DNA of 64,000 nucleotides, from NCBI RefSeq assembly GCF_009914755.1, contig NC_060926.1; one strand, given 5' to 3'. Origin of the DNA: the human T2T-CHM13v2.0 reference genome, Homo sapiens. The notes beneath the pieces were generated by a model. The model did no database searches, was not told the DNA's origin, and saw nothing but the letters and a program-made list of their open reading frames with translations. Positions 31,415 through 45,435 of this stretch are shown piece after piece (the stretch's first letter is position 1; each line of letters begins with the position of its first letter). Both the position numbers and the translations under genes were made by a program.

Positions 31415-31712
31415 CCCATGGGTTTTGACACACATGTAGAGTCATGTAGCCACCAGCACAGTCAGGATGCAGAATTGTCCCATCACCACCCCACCCCTAA
31501 AATCCTCCCCCATGCTGCTCCTTTATAGCCACACACTCTTCCCCCTGGCAACCACTGATTTGTTCTCCGTCACGATCGTTCTGTCTCTTTGAGAATGTCA
31601 CAAAAATGGAATCGTACAGTATGTAACATTTTGAGACTGGCTTCTTTCACAAAGTGTGATGCTTTTGAGCTTCATCCAAGCTGTTGCATGTACCGGTGGT
31701 TTGTTCCTTTTA
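31415..31712 (-). mobile_element. L1MC/MD-like 3'UTR fragment
   Basis: ccctggcaaccactgatttgttctc...aatggaatcgtacagtatgta..gactggcttctttcac. Confidence 0.85.
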
Positions 31713-32916
31713 CCCTTCTGGTATTAAACGTGAAGGCACTGACAGCATCGCTAAATATATATTTGCCTTGCTCCTCTTAGCACCTACCTTTTATCTTGCA
31801 CGGACGCCAAAGAAATCATCTCAGTCACAGGTGTCCTTATCTCAGCATACCAGATTCATTACATGGAGTATGCAGAAAATCAGTGACTTCTGCTGAAACA
31901 GATGAGCAAAACACCAAAACCTTGAAGGTTTCATAACTTTTTCTGGTCACTTTAGATTCCTAAAGTAGGGAGGTTCCATGTAATCCAATGAAAGGAGAAA
32001 AATTAACCTTTATTTTCATTATTTACAAACCTAACTTGGGAGATATAGTTAAGACTCAAGTTATAGTTTTTCCTTACCATTCCCACAAAAATAAGAGGGG
32101 ACTAGAGGTGCATATAATCATGGGTTCAGCTGTTCACAGACTTTTGAGCTAGAAGGCAACTCTGGATAATATCCTTGTTTGACAATGTACCCAGCAAACA
32201 TTTACTGGATGCCTGCCTGTGCACAGCACAGTACTAAAAACAGAGACAGGGGGTGCAGCTCCTGCCCTCCAGGCGGACAGTCCCAGGAGATCCCAGTTGC
32301 GGAGCCCACTGTGAGGTTCAGCGGCTGGCTTATTACTGCCCTCTCTGCACCTTGCTTAGGTTCCATTAAAATCCTGATGCTCCCCAAGCTTTCGCCACCA
32401 GTGGGTGGGTCAAGGAGCCTCAATGCAGCTGGGGAAGCTGCTAAGGGATTTACAGGTTGTCACATATAATCCAAAATGGTGAATTCATAATAAAGAATCA
32501 AGAGTTAGTTATATTAGGCTCTAGCAACTCTAAAGGTCAAGATACAAAGATGATGAAATCCGCTGAAGGAAAATCCTCTGTTGGTCCCTTGACTGGAATG
32601 TGAATGTGAGGCTTAACTGTCAGACAGTATTTCACACATAAAAGAGAAAAAACAGCAATGATCAATACTCAAGTGAAGAGCCATGGGCAAGCCAGCTTGG
32701 TATGCAATGTGGGGGCCTCAGAGAGGTCACCTCGCTAAGAGCGTGGGGAGAGAAGACATGCCCACAGTAAAAGCATCAAAGCATGGTGTCATGTGACAAG
32801 TGACAAATGTGAGGCCTAGAAGAGAAATGTCGCAGAAGTTCAAAAAACGGAGGGCCAGGGTGACCAGCCAGCTCTTCGCATCACAGTCAGGTAGGGCACA
32901 CCTCCAGTCACATTAC

Positions 32917-33090
32917 CTGGTCACAGTGAGCATGCTCGGGGCCAGGGCACATGCACCAGAGTCAGATGGGCTTGCGGGAGCTGAGTCTGACCTCCTTGGC
33001 CTGCCCTCGTCTGCCCAGACCCACAGCATCTGCCTGTGGCTCCCACATTGTCTAGAGCTCAGCAGGGCCCACGATGCCCTGAGCGTCTTT
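32917..33090 (-). other. Candidate 174-nt internal exon
   Basis: Acceptor tttttctccatgttgtcag and donor CAG|GTAATG. One frame is open, but the peptide is not recognised. Confidence 0.35.
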
Positions 33091-33974
33091 CTGACAACAT
33101 GGAGAAAAACTGAGCCGTTGTGCGGATGAGGAAGGGAGGCCACGTGTCCCATCCCTATGTGCCTCAAGGATGAGTGCAACAGAGCCGCCGCCGCTGTGTT
33201 TAAGCAGCATAAAGGCTGACCTGTTCTCATGCCTAGAATAGCAAGAGCCTATTTCAAAGAAGATAATATTTTTTTTCTTAAATAGAAGATGAATGCACTT
33301 ATTTCTGCCAGAAGGTAATCGTCTCCCAAAAGGGGGAAGACAGGCTGAAATCCAGACAGGGGTCACAATTCACAGCCTCTTTTTGTTGTAACTGAAAAAT
33401 CCCCAGTGATAGTTCATGGCTACCAGGCCTCCCTAAAGTCAAGACGCCAGCAACACACCCTCTGCTTTGTCAAACCAAACAGGGACCTGAATATAAACAA
33501 GCTGACATGTCTGGGATGTGCCCCTCCCACCCCACCAAGGCAGGGTGGTGGCAGGAACATGAAATTCACCTGCCACCATGCAAACCAGACCATTCCCCAG
33601 ACTCCAGTGAAGCAATTCCCTGCAGCCACTCCTCTGCCAGCCTGCGGGCCGCTGGGCCACACAAAGGGGTGACACAAGAGCTCTTAACCTCAGACGTTAA
33701 GCCTTTTAAAAATGTACAAGTATGTAATAAGCACCCAAGTGACAAAGATACACAAGAGTCCTCATAGGACCTTGTAGTCAGAGGGAGAGCAGACATAGAC
33801 AGTTGAAGGAGTCTCCACCAGAAAGAGAAGAATGTTCTTACGGCAGTGCAGGAGCAGGTGCCAAGTGGACAGCCCAGACGCTGTGATCCCATGTGTGTGG
33901 AACACCTGGGACTGCAGTTGAGCCTGAAGGACAGTGAGGGAATGGCCAGGGGTGGCCCCACAGGCAAGGGGAGT

Positions 33975-33993
33975 GCCCTAGCAGGGGGCACTG
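33975..33993 (+). promoter_or_regulatory. CTCF-like motif
   Basis: GCCCTAGCAGGGGGCACTG matches the CTCF core except for one conserved C. Confidence 0.3.
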
Positions 33994-34160
33994 GTGGCAA
34001 AGAGCAAGATGTGCTCAGCAGTCAGAGGGGCCCAGTGAGACTGGAGTGAAAAAAAAAGGCATCTATGGAGGAAATGAGAGAAAAGGGCTGAAAGGCCAGG
34101 GTGGCCTGATGCTGGAGGCCCGAGGCTGGCGCTGTTAAGAAGTATGTCTGAGAAGTCTTA

Positions 34161-34972
34161 GCTCAGTGGGGAAGCAGGTGGACAGAGGCTCAGCAGGAGG
34201 GGAGGCAGGGAATGGAGGCTCAGTGGGAGGGGAGGCAGATGGACAGAGGCTGAGCAGGAGGGGAGGCAGGGAATGGAGGCTCAGTGGGAGGGGAGGCAGA
34301 TGGACAGAGGCTCAGCAGGAGGGGAGGCAGATGGACAGAGGCTCAGTAGGAGGGGAGGCAGATGGACAGAGGCTCAGTAGGAGGGGACACAGATGGACAG
34401 AGGCTCAGCAGGAGGGGAGGCAGGAGGACAGAGGCTCAGCAGGAGGGGAGGCAGATGGACAGAGGCTCAGTAGGAGGGGAGGCAGATGGACAGAGGCTCA
34501 GCAGGAGGGGAGGCAGATGGACAGAGGCTCAGCAGGAGGGGAGGCAGGGGGACAGAGGCTCAGTGGGAAGGGGAGGCAGATGGACAGAGGCTCAGCAGGA
34601 GGGGAGGCAGGGGGACAGAGGCTCAGTGGGAAGGGGAGGCAGATGGACAGAGGCTCAGTAGGAGGGGAGGCAGGGGGACAGAGGCTCAGTGGGAAGGGGA
34701 GGCAGATGGACAGAGGCTCAGTAGGAGGGGAGGCAGGGGGACAGAGGCTCAGTGGGAGGGGAGGCAGGGGACGGAGGCTCAGTAGGAGGGAAGGCAGGGG
34801 ACAGAGGCTCAGTGGGAGGGGAGGTAGGGGACAGAGGCTCAGTAGGAGGGGAGGCAGGGGGACAAAGGCTCAGTAGGAGGGGAGGCAGAGGATGGAGGCT
34901 CAGTGGGAGGGGAGGCAGGGGGATGGAGGCTCAGTGGGAGGGGAGGCAGGAGGATGGAGGCTCAGTGGGAGG
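34161..34972 (+). repeat. G-rich minisatellite (VNTR), ~31-bp unit, ~26 copies
   Basis: Unit ggacagaggctcag(c/t)aggaggggaggcagat with 30-32 bp variants. Confidence 0.97.
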
Positions 34973-35118
34973 AGTGCCCTGGTACCCCTGTGGCAGAGGC
35001 AGGCCACAAAACCCACCCAGCAACCACACCTCCAATACCCTCCTCCTCTGGCTTTTCAAAGGAGTCTGGGGGACTAGGTGAGAAAAAGAACAGGGGTGGG
35101 AGTAGGGCCTGTCCCCTC

Positions 35119-35191
35119 TGTGTGCACACGTTTGTGCATGTGTGTGGGCGTGTGCATGCGTGCGTGCAGGTGTGTGTGCATGCGTGTGTGT
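35119..35191. repeat. (TG/CA)-rich alternating purine-pyrimidine tract
   Basis: Read directly from the sequence. Confidence 0.85.
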
Positions 35192-35599
35192 GGAGGGTGG
35201 CGGTGCTGTTTAGTAAAGTACTGTTTGTCAGCTCCTTGGTCCCAAGAGATGGAGAAAGGCAGGCCTCTCAAGAACACTCAGCACCCTCCTTCCATCCTGA
35301 CTTGGCACCCTGAAAATGACGCAAGGGCCCAAGCCCAGCCAGGGAGAAATCTGGCCACTCCACTCCACAGCCTCGTTGGGCAGAGCAGATCAGTCACAGG
35401 AAACAGAGACTCCAGTGTGGCTGCGGGAGGGTGCCTCACCAGTGAAGGAGAAGGTCACCCGGCTCCACCTTCTATAATGGTGCCAGGAGGCAGGTGAAGG
35501 AAGTCAAGCTCCAGAGGAAGGAGCGCTGAGCCCTTCCCCTCACTTAGGACAGAAAGCGATTCTGCAAGCAATGGGGTTGGCGCACAGGGTCAAGCATGT

Positions 35600-35792
35600 A
35601 AAAGCACGTGGCTCTGCCAGCCCTGAGTTTTTCCCTTGGCTCCACTACTTAGAGTACCGTGACCTTGGACAGGTTCTGCAACCCCTCTCATCTGTGAAAT
35701 GGGCTCATCCCTCTTTGCAGGGTTGTTGAGAGTTAAATGCCGATGTGTTGGCACAGAGCCTGGCCATAGAAAGGGCTCAATAAATGGTGACC
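35600..35792 (+). mobile_element. MIR
   Basis: gtgaccttggacagg..ctcatctgtgaaatggg..gggttgttgagagttaaatg..gctcaataaatggt. Confidence 0.8.
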
Positions 35793-38700
35793 ATTTTGAC
35801 CATGATGGGCCACTGAGCCTCTGCCACAGTGGGAAAGTTGCCAGCATGACACAATAGGACCTCTGGTTTTAGTTCCCACCAAGATCTGCCCAACACAGTG
35901 CTTGGGAGAACCCTGATCTTCTATATACAGATCACAGGGCATGGCACAAACCTCAGTCCCAGGGCTCCCCCCATCCAGAGCTCAGAGCCCTGAAGGGCAG
36001 AGCAGATGACCTGGGTGGCCAGCCCACGTGGCCTGAGGCCCTAACCAACAAGTAAACTGGGGGCCGCAGGTGGACAGCACAGCCCACAGGGCACCTTATC
36101 CTGGATGTGTGACGGGATCTCACACAAAAATCACATCAGACCACAGGGCCTGCAGTTCTCCAGAAATCCTATGTCTTCTCAAAGTCCTGAATCACAAAAG
36201 AGACAGTCTAGAGTCTCCAATTTATACTCTGGGATAGGGCCTCTTTGTTAGAGTCTGGAATCTGGGGTCAGAATGAGCAAAATTGAGTGAACCCCCCTGG
36301 GTGTGCATCAAGCGACCTGATGCCAGTGAGTATTAACAACAAGTGACCTGGTGCTGGTGAGTATTAACAACAGCTTGCTGGGAACACACTGCACCCAGCT
36401 GGCTGCACATCAGGATCAAACACAGCCCCTCCCCAAGAACTCGCGAGCCGGGCGAAGCAGTAAGACAGGAACACAAGAGAAGCTGCGAACAAAGGTGGGC
36501 GCAATGAAGTCTGGACACCAACCGAGAAAGCGGGACGTCATAGATGGAAGAGCCCCCCATGCCAGGACAGTCAGAAAAGGCCATTCTCCACTGTAAAAAG
36601 TTCCAAAGGTCTACAAAGGGAACAACCAGGGCTAGTGACTCTGACACTGACCGATCCTAAACTGTGACTTGGAAACAGCTCGCAAATGAGATTTATAGGT
36701 CAGGGCAGCCCATACGGCACAAGGGAAGAATGTCATCAATGAAAGGAGGCAGCACAGGTGTAGTCATGGACACAAGTGGGCTCGCCTCTCTCAGTGCTGC
36801 CAGCCCTGTGCTGAAGGGGTCTCCGGCAGCCTTCACCCCTGCTCTGCCTGCAGGGCCCCGAGTCAGGCCTCCGGAGAAGGCCCGTGATGACCCTGCCTCT
36901 CAGCCAGGAAACATAATCCTTCTGCTGAGACAGGATCAAGACCTTTCCCTTGAGGACTCCAGCCACGCCAGCAAATGATCTGATCAATATGAAGTGGGCT
37001 CCCCGAGTGTGTGGGGCGCCTGAGTGTGGGGGTGTCAGGGGCTCCTGAGCAGTGGGCACAGGCGTTCTGGTCTTCGGAGTAGATGTATCCCCTCTCCCAA
37101 TTCATAAACCAGGCTTCTGGCTTCAAAGTAGTATAAAATGAGCGTAGGTGGGGATCGCTGGCTACTGCCGGGGCCTGACCATCCCTGGAGCTGGAGGGAA
37201 GGGTCTGTAGGACAGAGGGCCCTGTGCTAGCTAGGCCTCTCATCACCGGGCAAACTCTCAGAACTTGCCACGGCCCAGCCTCCCTGGCCTCTGGGACCCG
37301 GAGTCACCCCCGATCTCAGTATTCCAGGCTCAAGTCACTTCTTCATCCAGAAGACATCCTGGCCCACAGGTCTTCTCTCCCAAGGTAGGCAAAGAAGCCC
37401 CAGAAAACATGCCCCCACATTTACTACCTCTACTTAGGAAAACGAACCGACTGTCCTAGAGCCTACGACCAGCTTTTACCACTCCCTCCAGGAAGCTTCG
37501 CATCCTGAGATGAAAACACCCTTCCCCTTGGGGTGCACCCCCAGGGCCGCGCTAGCACACTCTCCCAACTGCACAGCAGCAGGCGGGGGACCCTCATCCC
37601 TATGACCCGAGTGCTCCTGCCCATTTGCTGTGGGGATGGGATCAGCCTCTGCTCCTTAGGAGACCTAACCTCAATGATGCAGAAGCCTGCGGAGAGCTCA
37701 CTTCTCCGAGCCCCGGGGCTTCACATGAACTGGCAGATTCAGCACCTTGATCAAAACAGCCTGAAGCCACAAGGAGCTCCCTTTGGGCCTCAGCTTCCCT
37801 CACTGCTGCATAGACTCACGGCAAGGCTCACACCGAGTGCGTTCACTGCTCCATCCCTGGGGGCGCATGGACCATGATCGGGGGGCTGAGGGACCCGCTG
37901 TCTTCAATTTGCCAAAAGCCCACCTTCAAGACACATCGCTTGTAAAAATTCCCTGATTTCAAACCCATTTTGTTTCACCCCATGCCTAAAAATCTCACTA
38001 AGAAAAAAATAAAGGAGTCCTCTAACTGTTTCTCAGTGAGGCATAAGAGCGGACATCGTCTTCACCTCACTCCGTTAAATAATTCCACCTTGCGGAAGAA
38101 ACCACTTCTCAGTGGGCATGCGGAGGAGACAGATGATTTAAACTACTGCAAACACTTAAATCAAGGAATAATTCTTTTTCCTAATGTGCCAATATACCAA
38201 TGATGAAACCATTTGCATCTGATTAACCTCAAACTCTGAAAATGCACTAGATATTCTCACAAGCTTCCCCCTCTAATTGCTTTTGAAGTTAGTCTCAGTA
38301 GTCATTTTTAAGTCAGATACATCACTAAATTATGAAGAAAAAGATATTCTTTCCAGGATCATCCTTCAACATGCACACGCGTCCACGTGCATACACATGA
38401 GTGTGGTCCTGTGATTAAGAAATGCTGCTGCATTCAGAAGTCCTGCTCTCCCGGCCCTCAGCCTGGGTGACGCTCCTTTGTCTGATCTCTGGCATGTCCC
38501 CTAGCTGCTCGGTGCCCAGAAAGACATCTGCAAAACAGAGGGACACAGCCTCATGTAAGAGAGCCCTGAGCCACTTTCATCCCAGGTGTCATCGATACTT
38601 GGAGTTCCCGTCAGCCTCAAATGCTGTGAGGACAGGGTAAAATGATCCCTAGAGAGTTATACAAACAGAAGGAACACTGAGCGGTCAGACACTGAACACA

Positions 38701-38929
38701 AAACAGTGTGATCGAGGGGCCCACTTTCCACGCACCCTCCACTGAGCTATTGCAATCCCTTTCCTTACTTAGGTACACCCTCATTGTCCTTTCCTCAGGA
38801 ACAGATCTCCAGGAAGCTCCCCACTGCAGTTACTACAGCATCACAGTTGCCATGTGACTCTCTGTCCCAGCCACACACCCCATCATTCATTCAGCACAGG
38901 AAGTCTCTCCATGGGAGCCCTCCAGCAGG

Positions 38930-39105
38930 GAACCGGCCTTGCCGTTTGAAGACCTGGATCCTTGTCCCTGATGAGCCACCACATATGGGAATGGCCTTGG
39001 GAAACCCACGTGATTGTTCTCAGCCTGCTTCTTCATCTGAGCAGATGAAGACGTCATTTTTTCTTATCCAGTTTGAGGATCCAATTAGATACTGCATATG
39101 AATGC
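38930..39105 (+). mobile_element. MIR fragment
   Basis: gaagacctggat..ggccttggg..ttcttcatctg..tgaggatccaattagat. Confidence 0.55.
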
Positions 39106-39321
39106 CCAGCCTTCCAGGTGACAATGGACCCATGAGTGTTTATTGATTCAATTTTCATTCAAGAAGAACAAAGCCACCTTTAATTTATTTCGTTTCATTC
39201 AAGAAGAACAAAACCATGTGGGCCCCCTCACTGCTCAATTTGTTTTATTGTGTCTCTATGTTTATGAAGAATATTGGTTTGTAATTTCTTTTCCTTTTTA
39301 AAACAATCATGGTTATACCTG

Positions 39322-40091
<770 letters not shown>

Positions 40092-40165
40092 CTGACCTCA
40101 AACTTATTTGGGAAGCGTTACTCCCTCCTGTGTGAAAGATTTAGTCTAAGACTGGTGTTACCTCA

Positions 40166-40452
40166 TTTTTTTTTTTTTTTTTGAGACAGAGTCTCGTTCT
40201 GTCACCCAGGCTAGAGTGCAGTGGCACGATCTCTGCTCCATCTCCTGGATTCAAGTGATCCTCCTGCCTCATCCTCCGGAGTAGCTGGGATAACAGGCAC
40301 ATGCCACCATGCCTAGCTAATTTTTGTATTTTAGTAGAGACAGGGTTTCGCCATGTTGGCCAGGCTGGTCTCGAACTCCTGACCTCAGGTGATCTACCCA
40401 CTTCGGCCAACCAAAGTGCTGGGATTACAGGCGTGAGTCACCATGCCCGGCC
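40166..40452 (-). mobile_element. AluS
   Basis: Poly-T plus dimer with a small right-arm deletion. Confidence 0.95.
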
Positions 40453-40726
40453 TAGGTGTGATTTTTTTTTTAAGTTTACCCTGCTAGGGGTTCCCTGAAA
40501 TTCTAGAATCTGTAGGCTGATATTTTTTCATCAAATTTGGAGAAATTTCCTCAAATATTTTTTGGCCCCAATCTCCCTCTCATCTCCTAAATTCCAATTG
40601 CACGTGTTGGGCTATTTGATATTATCTCTCATATGTCACTAAGGCTCTGCTAATTTCTTTTCAGTGTTTCGTCACTCTGTGACTCAGTTTGAATGGTTTT
40701 TATTGATTTGTCTTCAAGCTCACTGA

Positions 40727-41096
<370 letters not shown>

Positions 41097-41544
41097 ATCC
41101 AACCAGTGAATTCCTCATTTGAGATAATATATATTCTAGCTTGGGAATTACCATTTGGTTGTTTCTTAAATTGCCACTTCTCTGCTGAAATTCCTATTTG
41201 TGCACTCACTATGTTTGTATGGGTTGGTATTTATCGACCTTTTCTCTTTGTTATTAGTCTCATTGTCCTGCCTGTCTAGTGATTTTTTTAATTGTATGCT
41301 GGATATTGCAGATAATAATTTGTTTGAAGAGTGCTGAGTTTTATTCTGGCAGAGAGTTAGTTGACTGGCATAGCATCTGGATCCTAACAAGGCTTGTTTT
41401 TAGGTTTTGTTATGGAGAGTTTAGCGTGGTCTTGGGGCTAGAGCAGTCTTATTCCTAATGTATGACGTTTCTGTGATCTCAGATTCAATGTTCAAGGTGC
41501 TCAGTAAGGTCTCCTCACTCTAGCAGATTGGAACTGTAAGTCTT

Positions 41545-41860
<316 letters not shown>

Positions 41861-44759
41861 TCTTAGTCTCCCAGCACAATGTGACTGTGTGACTTCCAGG
41901 TTGTGCTTAGCTCACCATCCTCCCCACAATGTCCTGGCCAGTAGTTGTTCTCTGCCGAGCCTCAAAGAGTTGTTCCCTGTGCAAATGCAGCTTAGCATTT
42001 GGCCAAGACTCAAGATCACTTTGAAGACTTCTGAAGTCCCTTCTCTGCTCAGAACCCTCCTCTCCACTACCATCCCCGCAAGTTCCAGCTGCCTGCACTC
42101 TGATCTCGGTTTCTTGTGCTCAGCTCTCTGGTGGCCTCTGCTTCCCTTGTACCTTGGTTTTGAAGGCACTCCCAGACAGAAAGCCAGAGTGAATGTGGGG
42201 CTTGACTCACATGCTTCCAGTTGGACCAAAGACCTGCACTGAGTGTTGTTCCATTCTCGAAAACAGTTCCTTCATGCATTCTGTCCAATATCACAATTGC
42301 TTGGGAAAGAAGAGTAAGTCTGATATTCATTATGCCATCATGTCTGGGATTGGAAGTCTGATTACATTTTAAAAGGTGACTCTGGTTGCTGCATAGAAGA
42401 AACTGCCAGGTGAACTACATACACTAAGACCAGATGAAAAAGGGTGATGAGGGAGTATTTCTTGAAGCAGAAAACCTAATGTTTCTGCACGTGTTAAACA
42501 TCTCTGCAAATTTTGCAAGGCATCAGGAGTAAAACGTGTACCTTCAATAAACCCATGGGAATAGAAGGCCAGTTTTCATCTCCGACGTCAGGTAGAACAT
42601 GCAGTTTTGAAGCTGGAATGGGAGGATCTCACCTCATGGTTTTTCTGGCCCAGCCCAGCCACTCCGTAGCAGGAGCTGCCAGTACCCTGGAGCTCCTTTC
42701 ATGTTCAAAGCTGTAACCAGTAGACGGACTGGCTGTCTCAACTGGGAGGCAAGCCACAAGAACAGAAGAGCCTAAATGTGTGGCCTAGAGAGAGCTCCGA
42801 GGTCACCCTCAGGTAGGGCATCTCTTCCAGACAATTCCAAAATCTCAGCTGTGGGACAGGAATGGGTCCCACACCGCCTCTCTTGCACATGCCATTCCAT
42901 GTCAACCCTCCAGCAAAAGTTATTTACCTGGCAAATGCCTGCCCTGTCCCTGCAGTGAGTAGTCTGGCAGGGGAGAGGCTAGCCATCCTTCCTGGCCACA
43001 CAGCTGGATGGCTCCACAGTTTCTCCCATCCCACAGCCTGTGGATAGCCTGTCGACCCAACAGCTTGGAAGTGAACAGAAAGATTTTATCAGCCCAAACA
43101 AAAACCCAAAGCCAAACTCACTCTATTGCTGCAAATGCCTATCAGGCAGATAAACTCCATTAAGGTCTGTCCCCTCCCTTCCCTGGTACAAGCTGCCACT
43201 TGCCCTGGACAACAGACCAAGGCTCGGGTTTCCAAGGTGGCTTACAGTCCAATGACCTTCCCCTCTCTGGTGTTGCCTCCATCAGTGGTGCAACGACATT
43301 CAGAGTCTACCGAAGGCTGGGACCTACACTTGGGAAGTGGAGTGAGCCTCACAATTTCCACTAAAAGTCCATCTGTACAGAAATAAATTTCATTCATACC
43401 TCATCTGTTTTCTCTCAGCCTAGCCAGAGTCCCTATATTTATTTGTATCAGTAAATTTGCACAGCCAGAATAATCCTAAAGGTTCAGAGGTCTACACACG
43501 GAAAAAGCCCACTGCCCCAAACTTGTCTTGCCCAGCCCCGTGTTTAAAAGCTTCATGCAAACACTGAGAGTACAGGATGTATAAATGCGTCCTGAGTTTA
43601 AGCCTCACACAGTGAATCAGCATCTCAGCAGCTCTGCTTCCTCTGAGACTCTGGGGAGGTTTCTTCAGTGAAAATTCAGAAGAGATTGGCAGAAAGCTGT
43701 CAAGCGATTGCTATGTATGGTTTCTCTGCACATCAGGAGATTCATGAGCCCTAGATAGCAACAGCAGATTCTTAACTGTCCCTTATGATATTTGCATTTG
43801 ATTCCCAGTGCTTCTCAAGGGGAACTTATTTGTTCACAAAATTGCTTTCTTTATTTTGGTTCAACTTGCTTCTGGTTTACACATAAAAACTGCGATGTCA
43901 CTGCTGTAACTTATAAGAAGGGGTGAGCAGGTTCAGGAAAACCCTTATTACAAATCTGAGAAAGCAGTTATGATTACGAGATAAGGATGCAATCCCAGGG
44001 GAGGTTCTAAATGTTTCCATGTAATCTGGACCCAAGCAACCGTCGTCAAACCACTGTTCATGAAATCTGTGGGTGCAAACAAATTGAGCTGTCAGGCTGC
44101 AGGACGCGAGCAAACACTGGCCAGGCAAATGGCATTTCCTCCCTCCAGCACATTTCTGCTGCTGACCCGCCTGCTCTAAGGCCCACTGAAACCTGACACC
44201 CAGACCAGCTGGCCTCTCCAGGGAACGGGCCTGGCACCAAACGCTCCATCTGTTAGCACACCTCAAGCCACCTGGCCACTTTGCTCTTTTTCCCTGGTTC
44301 CCTTACAGGCAGGAGAATCTTGTTCCTCTGCCACCTGTAAACTCACAGAGCCTGTCTCGAGGTACAAAGCCCATAAGTGAGAGTGGCAGAGGGCCAGCAG
44401 AGTAGCTACGGAAGCCAACAACAAAAGGAATGGGTAGCGGGGCTTGGGCCGCTTTCAAAAAGGGGAAACTTAATTCTGAAGCAGGAAATGGCTGCATTTT
44501 GCCCCGATTCCCACCCCTCCGGATTAGTACATCATGAGTAGTCAGTAACGCCATCTCTCCCACATCGCACTTTCCCTATAACTTGGCACCACTTCCCACC
44601 TCGGAAGGATGGCTCTGTCTCCTCCTCCAGCTGCTCCTACCTGCAGGAAGCCGATTTCAGAGACCTCTTACCAAGGGGGCTGTGAGCTGGGATGCACCCT
44701 CAGGCAGGACCTCCCACTTCCCCATTGAGAAGAGGAGACTGTCTCACCTCTGAAAACTA

Positions 44760-45435
<676 letters not shown>

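Noticed and set aside
34166-34876. 236-aa ORF, the longest in the window
   Set aside because: It is the translation of the stop-poor G-rich minisatellite, starts at GTG and resembles no protein family.
34161-34972. CRISPR-like array with ~31-bp periodicity
   Set aside because: The units are contiguous with no unique spacers, there are no cas genes, and the context is primate DNA.
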